Assembly (NCBI GenBank): GCA_044356295.1 | Contig: JBIKWN010000003.1 | Location: 63,580-127,579 of the forward strand | Length of the DNA: 64,000 bases | Direction: 5' to 3' | Origin: Bdellovibrionota bacterium | GTDB lineage: Bacteria > Bdellovibrionota_C > UBA2361 > JBIKWN01 | Part shown: positions 9,697 through 17,298 of the stretch, piece by piece | Layout: the number at the start of each line of letters is the position of its first letter | Position numbering within the stretch: position 1 is the first letter of the stretch | Notes under the pieces: model-generated | What the model was told of the DNA's origin: nothing | Databases searched by the model: none | What the model saw: only the letters and a program-made list of their open reading frames with translations | Made by a program: the position numbers and the translations under genes

Positions 9697-10899
9697 ATGA
9701 TTGAAAGTGAGCTCCTTGAACAAAATGTTGATCTTATAAAATGGAACAATGCTGAAATTATTCTTGTTGGAACTGCTCATGTCAGCCAACAAAGTGTTGA
9801 ATTAACTGAAAGAATTATTGAAGAGCACAATCCAGATATTGTTGCAGTCGAGCTTTGTCAATCTCGATTTGATTCGCTCAAAGATCCTAATCGTTGGAAA
9901 AATACCGATGTCATTACGATCTTAAAGACTGGAAGGATATATGTCCTTCTTTTACAACTCGTACTTGCAAGTTATCAAAAACGTCTTGGTAATGAACTGA
10001 ATGTAAAACCAGGAGCTGAGATGATGGCGGCCGTCAAAAAAGCCGAAAGTAAAAATATTGAAATTGTTCTTGCTGATAGGGATGTTAAAACAACTCTTCG
10101 AAGAGCATGGTCTAATACAAGGGTCTTTAGTATTTTTAAACTTTTCTTTTCATCACTCTATGAAGAAGTAAAAGGACTATTTAAATCTGACAAAAAAGAT
10201 TCCATGACTATCGGTGACGAGATTGAACGTTTAAAAAATCCTGACGCTCTCGATCAGATGATGAAAGAGTTTTCTGAAGCACTACCAGATGTAAAGGAAC
10301 CACTTATTGATGAACGAGATCTTTACATAGCTTCGAAAATTAAAGACGCAGCACTTCCAGGGAAAAAAATTGTAGCAATCCTAGGTGCTGGACATATCCC
10401 TGGGATCAAAAATATTTTTAAACAAGAAATAGATAGAAACATTCTTGAAGTTATTCCTCCCGCTTCAACAGCAAGTAAAGTACTTGGAGTATTTTTTCCT
10501 GCGTTCTTAACCATCGCTTTAATTGCAGGATTTTTTTGGGGAGGCAAAGATACCTCGCTAGCAATCGCAGGAACTTGGATCTTGTATACAGGCATATCTG
10601 CTGCAATTGGAGCTGCTATTTCACTAGCTCATCCACTCTCGATAATTACTGCTGGACTCACTGCTCCTTTAACGACAATTCATCCCATTTTATCGGTTGG
10701 ATGGTTTGCCGGTTTTGTTGAGGCTTGGATTCGGACTCCAAGGGTTACCGACATGGAAACGGTTCTTGATGACATAGGATCCCTTAAAGGCATCTATAAC
10801 AACCGTTTTGCACGTGTTTTTTTGGTCATGATCCTCACTAACCTTACGACTTCAATCGGTATGATTTGGGGCGTAAAAGTGGTAGCATCTCTGCTGTGA
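9697..10899 (+). CDS. TraB/GumN (PrgY-like) family membrane protein
   Basis: LVGTAHVS, VAVELC, KPGAEM, LADRDV, LIDERD and ILGAGH motifs plus C-terminal TM helices. Confidence 0.9.
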   Translation: MIESELLEQNVDLIKWNNAEIILVGTAHVSQQSVELTERIIEEHNPDIVAVELCQSRFDSLKDPNRWKNTDVITILKTGRIYVLLLQLVLASYQKRLGNELNVKPGAEMMAAVKKAESKNIEIVLADRDVKTTLRRAWSNTRVFSIFKLFFSSLYEEVKGLFKSDKKDSMTIGDEIERLKNPDALDQMMKEFSEALPDVKEPLIDERDLYIASKIKDAALPGKKIVAILGAGHIPGIKNIFKQEIDRNILEVIPPASTASKVLGVFFPAFLTIALIAGFFWGGKDTSLAIAGTWILYTGISAAIGAAISLAHPLSIITAGLTAPLTTIHPILSVGWFAGFVEAWIRTPRVTDMETVLDDIGSLKGIYNNRFARVFLVMILTNLTTSIGMIWGVKVVASLL

Positions 10900-11882
10900 G
10901 TAAGCAGGATAAACTTTCCCCCTTACAATTTGGATGCACTATTCTTGCAGAAACGAGCGAGGCAATTTCCCGCTGCCAAGAGACATTGAGCAATTCATTT
11001 GAACATGCTGTAAGACTCATTATGAGTCTTAATGTCCATGGGCATGTTGTTACCTCAGGAATTGGAAAAGCTGGAATCATTGCTCAAAAAATATCTGCAA
11101 CACTTGCAAGTATTGGAGTTCCAAGTTTTTTTCTGCATCCAGCTGAAGCAGTTCACGGTGACATGGGTCGTTTTACAAAACTTGATGTTGCTCTTATTTT
11201 TTCGAATTCTGGTGAAACTGAAGAAGTAACCAGAATGATCCCTGCAATAAAACGGATTGGTGCGCCGATTGTTTCCATTACTGCTGGAAAAGACTCAACG
11301 ATTGCAAAGCATAGCGACATTACTCTTTGGTACGCTCTTCCTAAAGAGAGTGGTCCACTTTCCTTAGCTCCAACAACAAGTACTTCTGTCATGCTTGCCA
11401 TTGGCGATGCTCTTTCAATGACAATTCTTAGAGAGAAAGGGCTTACAAAAGAAGAGTTTGCCTTCTTTCATCCTGGAGGAGCACTTGGAAGAGCTCTTCT
11501 TACCGTTAGAGAAGTCATGAGAGTTAATGATGAAGTTCTTATCGTTCCTGAATCAACTCTTGTTAAAGATGTTCTTCATAAGATTAGTCTTACGAAAGGA
11601 AGACCTGGAGCGGCGCTTATTATTAATTCATCAGGAATTCTGAGTGGAATCTTTACTGACGGTGATTTAAGAAGATGCCTTGAATCTGGAACTTCATTTT
11701 TAGAAAAGCCCGTTTATGACGTAATGGGTAAATCTCCGAAAACTATCTCTGCAGATAAACTTGCATCTGAAGCTACTAAAATTTTGCTTGATAATAAAAT
11801 TGATCAACTTGGAATTATTGATGAGTCTGGATGTCCAATTGGACTTGTCGATATTCAGGATGTTGCTGCTTCAAATCGTTAA
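10896..11882 (+). CDS. kdsD: Arabinose-5-phosphate isomerase (KpsF/GutQ family; SIS + 2 CBS)
   Basis: SGIGKAG, HPAEAVHGDMG, SNSGETEE, LAPTTST, FHPGGALG and GIFTDGDLRR motifs; GTG start overlaps the traB-like stop (GTGA). Confidence 0.93.
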   Translation: MSKQDKLSPLQFGCTILAETSEAISRCQETLSNSFEHAVRLIMSLNVHGHVVTSGIGKAGIIAQKISATLASIGVPSFFLHPAEAVHGDMGRFTKLDVALIFSNSGETEEVTRMIPAIKRIGAPIVSITAGKDSTIAKHSDITLWYALPKESGPLSLAPTTSTSVMLAIGDALSMTILREKGLTKEEFAFFHPGGALGRALLTVREVMRVNDEVLIVPESTLVKDVLHKISLTKGRPGAALIINSSGILSGIFTDGDLRRCLESGTSFLEKPVYDVMGKSPKTISADKLASEATKILLDNKIDQLGIIDESGCPIGLVDIQDVAASNR

Positions 11883-11981
11883 CTGTCTCTTTAGTCAGAG
11901 AACAAAACCCCATCTCCGTGAGCCTAGGCGTGAGCGTGACCAAAAAAAAGCAGATGGCTTCTAAATAAATTAAAGCAATAA

Positions 11982-11994
11982 AATCAAATAGTTA
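11982..11994 (+). promoter_or_regulatory. Candidate IHF binding site upstream of flagellin
   Basis: AATCAA-ATAG-TTA matches WATCAANNNNTTR and has an A-rich tract upstream. Confidence 0.4.
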
Positions 11995-12038
11995 GAACCA
12001 CTTATCCTTCATTATTCTCTCGGAGCTTGAAAAAACAC

Positions 12039-12066
12039 TAAAGTTTTCCAATCCAAAAGCCGTATT
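12039..12066 (+). promoter_or_regulatory. Candidate sigma28 (FliA)-type promoter
   Basis: TAAAGTTT-12 nt-GCCGTATT versus consensus TAAAGTTT-N11-GCCGATAA, ending 9 nt before the flagellin ATG. Confidence 0.4.
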
Positions 12067-12075
12067 ATGTAACTG

Positions 12076-12882
12076 ATGGGTAATAACGGGTCGGTAGACG
12101 GCATTAAGCGAAATTTATTTCGCCAAACTGAAGAGCTTACACGCTCAAACAGTAAACTTGCTTCTGGAAAAAGAATCGAGCGCGCGGCAGATGATGCTGC
12201 TGGCTTAGCAGTTGCTGAAAAACTTCTTGCAGATAGTGTTCAATTCTCTCAAGCATCACGAAATATTTCAGATGGTGTTTCCTTAACTCAGATACAAGAC
12301 GGAGTTTACAGTTCACTGAGCGATATCAACTCTCGCCTCACTGAACTTGCCACTCAATCTTCAAATGGAACATTAAGTGATACTCAGCGCTCTACCCTCA
12401 ATCAAGAATTCCAAGCTCTGAGCCAAGAAGCAACCCGTATCGTTAGCTCTACAACATTTAACGGACAAAATGTTTTTTCAGGCACAACCAACATTCAAGT
12501 GGGAATTGATAACTCTGAAAATTCAACGATTGCACTTGTCGATCCAAAACTTGGGGAAACAGTCGCTCAACTGACTCCGCTCAGTATTGATTCTCAAGCA
12601 AACGCACAAGCATCTCTTGGATTTTTAAATAGTTTTAGTGAACAGCTCTCACGAAGTCGTGGTGATTTAGGGTCACAGCAATCTCGCCTCGATTCAGCTA
12701 ATAATATTGCTCAGACTCAGCGAGATAGCGCTATAACGGCCGAATCTAGAATCCGAGACTTAGACTATGCCGAAGAAATTACTAAACGTACTGCTCTGGT
12801 TATAAGTCAACAAAGCTCCACCGCTCTCCTTGCCCAAGCAAGCAAGTTGAATGCTGGAATTGTCCAAAAATTAATTAGTTAA
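12076..12882 (+). CDS. fliC: Short flagellin (D0/D1 domains only)
   Basis: KLASGKRIERAADDAAGLAV, ASRNISDGVSLTQ, RLTELATQSSNGT, TTFNGQ, IQVG, RGDLGSQQSRL and AESRIRDLDYAEE motifs. Confidence 0.92.
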   Translation: MGNNGSVDGIKRNLFRQTEELTRSNSKLASGKRIERAADDAAGLAVAEKLLADSVQFSQASRNISDGVSLTQIQDGVYSSLSDINSRLTELATQSSNGTLSDTQRSTLNQEFQALSQEATRIVSSTTFNGQNVFSGTTNIQVGIDNSENSTIALVDPKLGETVAQLTPLSIDSQANAQASLGFLNSFSEQLSRSRGDLGSQQSRLDSANNIAQTQRDSAITAESRIRDLDYAEEITKRTALVISQQSSTALLAQASKLNAGIVQKLIS

Positions 12883-13068
12883 TTTTTTAAAAAAAGCTCC
12901 CAAATATAAACATTCCACCTGAGTTGGCGATAACTCATAGAAGACACAAGGACGTTGTCACAATTCGGTGCACGATACGAGTGTCGATTTATACTAGGAA
13001 GTTTTCGAGAGTCCTTTCTGCGAATAGAGTCTTCTCTCTTAAATTTCTGATGACAGTGAGGTTGTACA

Positions 13069-13419
13069 ATGAGCGATGCAGTAAATGGTGGCGGTAAACC
13101 CGTCCCCATTGCGCGACTATTCAGTGGCGCAAAAATTCAAGAAAAAAAAGAATCGGCAGATACGCCGCAAAAAGCAGTGGATTCTGTTGTTTCAGGTGTT
13201 GATAAAGCTCGGCAAAGTGTCGAGCGAATCACTGAAGCAGCAACGACGCGGATTGAAGTTATTCGACAGAATGAATCTTCATCTCGAACAAAAGTTGCGG
13301 ATGTTGATGAGGCGTTACGTTTATCGAAAAATTTACGTCTTAATATTCAAGAAAATGAGCAAAGAGCTAAAGAAGCTCATGATCTTGATCTTTCAAAAAT
13401 TAAAGAACTACTTAAGTAA
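13069..13419 (+). CDS. 116-aa protein resembling flagellin terminal (D0) segments
   Basis: GAGG SD; ARLFSGAKIQ resembles SKLASGKRIE; KVADVDEALRLSKNLRLNI..A..AH..L..KELLK resembles the flagellin C-terminus. Confidence 0.7.
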   Translation: MSDAVNGGGKPVPIARLFSGAKIQEKKESADTPQKAVDSVVSGVDKARQSVERITEAATTRIEVIRQNESSSRTKVADVDEALRLSKNLRLNIQENEQRAKEAHDLDLSKIKELLK

Positions 13420-13441
13420 GTAATCTTACTTTAAGTAATTC

Positions 13442-13488
13442 AAAGTGTGTGGAAAAAGAATTATCTTGTTCCACACACTTTTTTGTTT
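13442..13488 (+). terminator. Rho-independent terminator
   Basis: 13-bp perfect stem AAAGTGTGTGGAA (13442-13454) / TTCCACACACTTT (13469-13481) running into a T tract, just after the 13419 stop. Confidence 0.8.
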
Positions 13489-13610
13489 GAGTAATTTTAT
13501 TTTCTGCTACCACAAAATTGGGTAGAAGGTTTTTTAAGGGAGTCGTTTCTACTACTTAATACTTCCTAAAAAAGGGAAACTTTCCCCTTCCAGATTGCGA
13601 ACAGTTCATT

Positions 13611-14048
13611 ATGTCTTGCAATCTATATCAAAAGAAAAAAACGGCAGGATTCTCGATTCTTGAGGTTCTGATTTTGCTTTTTTTAACTGGGATTATCTTT
13701 TCGGTATCCTTCCCAGCCCTTGGTGCTGCTGTAAGAAAAACTGAAGCTCAAAAACAAGCTGATGCAATATCGGCTTGGCTATCAACACTTCATATGAAGT
13801 CCCTTAATATGCAAAAAGATCTCTCTGTGAGATTAAATAACAACGAACTCATCGCCAAAGATAAAAATGATAAAACTATAGCAAGAAAAAAAATATCAGA
13901 AAAAACAACAGTACGGTTATCTTCATCTCAAATAAGATTTTTTGCCTCAGGTGTTCAATCACCAACAACAATTTATCTTTCTCATCTCACGATAAGCTGC
14001 ACCATTGTTCTAGCACTTCGTGGGAGAATCACTACTCAGTGCAAATAA
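13611..14048 (+). CDS. Prepilin-type protein (FimT/FimU/GspH-like)
   Basis: Basic leader KKKTAG|FSILEVL with Glu+5 and a hydrophobic helix; C-terminal IRFFASG..SPTTI..LALRGRI. Confidence 0.8.
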   Translation: MSCNLYQKKKTAGFSILEVLILLFLTGIIFSVSFPALGAAVRKTEAQKQADAISAWLSTLHMKSLNMQKDLSVRLNNNELIAKDKNDKTIARKKISEKTTVRLSSSQIRFFASGVQSPTTIYLSHLTISCTIVLALRGRITTQCK

Positions 14049-14049
14049 T

Positions 14050-14265
14050 ATGTTTGGATTAGATTTTATTTTTTTACTGATAGGCTTTTCAAAATTCTCT
14101 ACTGTTTTTATGAGTTTTGAAAACACACTCACAGTTTCGAATAAAATACTTAGTAATGTTTCAAATTACTCTGTACCAAAAGACTGTGAATCAAAGGAGT
14201 TGTTAAGGGAACATGTTTTAATCTGTCAAGATTCAACAATATGGATTGTTGGGAAAAGCAGATGA
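14050..14265 (+). CDS. Small membrane protein, possible degenerate minor pilin
   Basis: ATG 1 nt after the upstream stop; hydrophobic N-terminus, Cys pair, ATGA coupling to the next gene. Confidence 0.45.
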   Translation: MFGLDFIFLLIGFSKFSTVFMSFENTLTVSNKILSNVSNYSVPKDCESKELLREHVLICQDSTIWIVGKSR

Positions 14266-15128
14266 AAATTGATTTTCGAAAGAGAAGAAGCTCTGGAGCC
14301 TCGCTGATAGGTTTTATTATTTTTCTATCAATTTCATCAATGTTGATGTCGATACTGCTTTCAAAATTCCATGAACAAATTTCTAGTTTTCAAAAAAGCA
14401 TCTATAGATTTGATGAGTTAAGGGGATTTCTTCAAACATATACTCTTTTAACTGTGGATTTTAGAAATTTAAATTTCTCGCGTCTGTCAATCACTCCGCA
14501 ACTAGGTTCAGGTCTTATTACGTATGCAGACGGTTCCCCACTTGCCTTATCAACCCCTTTAGCCGTTGGGTCAAAATGGTGGATATTTTACAGGACATCA
14601 AAAATACCAGTTTTAAACGTGACTGGATCTAAATTTGAAAACAATCAAAACAGAATTGAAATCTGTAATCCATTCAGCAATAAGATTAACGCAGCACACA
14701 AAGATGCATTTGCCCTCTCTGATAGCGGTATACAAGAGGTAGGAATTAGGATTATCAATTCATATGTAAATAACGAAATGACACCTTGTGTCTCATTAGA
14801 GATTGAAAAATTAAAACAACTCTTTGCGTCTTCAAACGACAATTGGCAACTTGCATTTACTCAAGCCGTACAAATTATTGATGAAAAGTTTTTATACATA
14901 ACTGATGAAAAGAAACAGTTGAGAAGAATTCAGATTAGACAAAATGAGATAATTGAAAATCAGCCATGTATTAAAGCAGTACCAATTATGGAGTTAGCCT
15001 TGGGTCAAGATAATTCAAGATACACTTTAACTTGTGCATATTGCCCGTTACTATTGGTGAGAAGAAGACTTCAACCATTATCAGATCCTATGTTAGTGGC
15101 TTCTCTACTTTCCATGAAGGACACATAA
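14262..15128 (+). CDS. Prepilin-like protein (PilW/PilX-like)
   Basis: RKRRSSG|ASLIGFIIFL class III signal peptide-like N-terminus without Glu+5; several Cys residues. Confidence 0.6.
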   Translation: MKIDFRKRRSSGASLIGFIIFLSISSMLMSILLSKFHEQISSFQKSIYRFDELRGFLQTYTLLTVDFRNLNFSRLSITPQLGSGLITYADGSPLALSTPLAVGSKWWIFYRTSKIPVLNVTGSKFENNQNRIEICNPFSNKINAAHKDAFALSDSGIQEVGIRIINSYVNNEMTPCVSLEIEKLKQLFASSNDNWQLAFTQAVQIIDEKFLYITDEKKQLRRIQIRQNEIIENQPCIKAVPIMELALGQDNSRYTLTCAYCPLLLVRRRLQPLSDPMLVASLLSMKDT

Positions 15129-15130
15129 AA

Positions 15131-15817
15131 GTGCTGTCATCTATTATAACAATTTGGCTGTTATATTTTTCATCAATTACTGAAAGATTTTTTTTAAATA
15201 CACAGGCTTTTATTCAAATTGCATCATCGCTGCGAATAAGTGAACAAAGCTATAGTAATTCATTTTCGAATATTTTTTTAGCGCCTCAAAATTACTCTGA
15301 ACAAAGCTTTCTGATTCGACCACAAGACCCGACGTTAGGTTTACTAGACTGGTCAGATATTTTTAGTACGTATCAAATATGTAATTACGATACTCTATTA
15401 GAAAACAGAGTGTCCCAAGGGATAGTCTCTCCAAAGACATGTAAATCTCTGGGGATAATTAAGGGGTCAAAAAGTTACGTAGGTAATGTAGAAGGAATTT
15501 TGCGAGTCGGGGAAATTGGACAATTGCCGCTTCAAGCATATTCTTATCTTATTTTTTCAGGTCGAATTACAGCTGTGAACATCGAGTTTAATAGCCCAAC
15601 ATTACTACTTTCACTTGGAAGAATTTCAGCTGAAAAAATCACTTGCAAGAATAATGTACCAATAAAAATTTTCTCTTTTGAGGATATTAACTATACAGAA
15701 CTTCATGGTTGTAGTCGTATAGAGATAGTACCAAGGCTACAAGAACAACAAAGCGTCCTTAAGAAGCATTTCTCTTCACGGCGATACCTACTTTACGGTA
15801 TACTCGCTAAGCCTTGA
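15131..15817 (+). CDS. Hypothetical membrane-anchored protein in pilin-like operon
   Basis: In-frame GTG at 15131, 2 nt after the upstream stop; N-terminal hydrophobic segment. Confidence 0.55.
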   Translation: MLSSIITIWLLYFSSITERFFLNTQAFIQIASSLRISEQSYSNSFSNIFLAPQNYSEQSFLIRPQDPTLGLLDWSDIFSTYQICNYDTLLENRVSQGIVSPKTCKSLGIIKGSKSYVGNVEGILRVGEIGQLPLQAYSYLIFSGRITAVNIEFNSPTLLLSLGRISAEKITCKNNVPIKIFSFEDINYTELHGCSRIEIVPRLQEQQSVLKKHFSSRRYLLYGILAKP

Positions 15818-16326
15818 AAATCGAAACGTTACACCACATCAATCCATATGCAGATGAACGTCCTGATGGTGTTTTAATTGACACGATTGTTATTCACTCA
15901 ATGTTTGCTGAGGGCACACCTCACCCTATGGATGTCCTCTCGTGCCATCAAACTTTAATCAATCACCACGTTTCTGCCCATTACTATATCGACCAAAAAG
16001 GTGGTATTTTTTCATCAATTCCAGTTATTTTAAGGGCTTGGCATGCTGGAAATAGCACAATGCCCTTCCCCAATGATATGCGCCAGGCAGTAAACGATTT
16101 CAGTGTTGGTATTGAGTTGATTTCCGATCTCAATCTAAGTTTTTCAAAAGAACAGTATGAATCGGTTATATTTTTGATACAAAATATTTCGAGTAAGCAT
16201 CCAATTTCAGCTATAGTTGGACACGATCAGATTGCTCCGGGAAGAAAAACAGACCCGGGATTGAAATTTGATTGGAAAATCCTTCGAAAAGAGTTTAAAA
16301 AATATTCATTTGATCCAAACTGTTAA
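15814..16326 (+). CDS. ampD: N-acetylmuramoyl-L-alanine amidase (AmpD-like, Amidase_2)
   Basis: IVIHS, VSAHYYI, RAWHAG, NDFSVGIEL and GHDQIAPGRKTDPG motifs. Confidence 0.9.
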   Translation: MKIETLHHINPYADERPDGVLIDTIVIHSMFAEGTPHPMDVLSCHQTLINHHVSAHYYIDQKGGIFSSIPVILRAWHAGNSTMPFPNDMRQAVNDFSVGIELISDLNLSFSKEQYESVIFLIQNISSKHPISAIVGHDQIAPGRKTDPGLKFDWKILRKEFKKYSFDPNC

Positions 16327-16331
16327 TCTTT

Positions 16332-17036
16332 ATGAAAAAAAATCTTTATCTTTGTTTCCTATTATCACTTATATCATTAACAATAATTTCATCAGGTTGC
16401 GGTAGAAACAACAGAAATGGAAATAATGATCAAGAAACTAATATTCGATTTTTAAATGCTGTATCGAATGCCTCTTCGCTCGATTTCTTTTTAGATAATA
16501 AATTATATCTTCAAGATGTTGGATACTTAGAAAATACATCTTATTCAAAAGAAAGTACTCAATCCCAGAAATTACAGGTTACTATTAGTGGGACAGCAAC
16601 AAGGCTTGTTGATACTACATTAGGTTTTGGAGATCAGAGGGATAGTTCAATTATTATAAGTGGGACAAAAAATGATTCATCATTAATTGTTACTCGTGAT
16701 GACAACTCTCCTGCAAGTGATAATATAGCTAAAATCCGTTTCATTAACTTAGCATATTCTTACGATAAAGTTGATATTTATATTGTTGGTAAAGGTCAAT
16801 CGATAGCCACTCTTGACCCTAGTTTTGAGAAAATCTCATATAAAAGAGTTTCTACGTATATTGTACTCGATGAAGGATCCTATACGGTGATACTGACAGA
16901 AGCTGGAAGTAAAGCAGTCGTTGCTCAATCAACATCCTCCGCTTTTAATGGAGCATCAGTGACCACTATAATTGCTGCTGATACAAAGGGTGGTATAAAG
17001 CCTGCAAAGCTTCTCTTGTTAACAGATAAAAAATAA
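16332..17036 (+). CDS. DUF4397-like lipoprotein
   Basis: Lipobox-like SSGC; repeated IRFLNA..SLDF / IRFINL..VDIY beta-sandwich units. Confidence 0.75.
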   Translation: MKKNLYLCFLLSLISLTIISSGCGRNNRNGNNDQETNIRFLNAVSNASSLDFFLDNKLYLQDVGYLENTSYSKESTQSQKLQVTISGTATRLVDTTLGFGDQRDSSIIISGTKNDSSLIVTRDDNSPASDNIAKIRFINLAYSYDKVDIYIVGKGQSIATLDPSFEKISYKRVSTYIVLDEGSYTVILTEAGSKAVVAQSTSSAFNGASVTTIIAADTKGGIKPAKLLLLTDKK

Positions 17037-17298
17037 TTTGTTCTTTTTATTTTATTCTTCATAACCTCTTATTAAGGTTCTTATGTTAGAATCCTCAAAA
17101 ATTACTTCATAATAAAACATAGGTTAATTTCACACACTTTTTTCGCCACGCTTCTTGAATCAAGAGTTTGTCTTTTGTCATCTTTTTTAGTGGAAAAATA
17201 GCGATTTCGTAGCAAAATCAAGAGTCTTTTAAAGCTTTTTCAATGCCCAACATGATTCTCTTTATTTAATCCTCTCAATACTTTAAGTTAGTTAAACT

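Noticed and set aside
9697..10899. Conjugation gene (from the TraB name) next to a nuclease
   Set aside because: TraB/PrgY-GumN family proteins are common chromosomal genes; no relaxase, T4SS or oriT seen.
12883..13068. Possible c-di-GMP riboswitch between flagellin and the mini-flagellin
   Set aside because: Only a short hairpin (GAGTT..AACTC) seen; GEMM consensus elements not found by eye.
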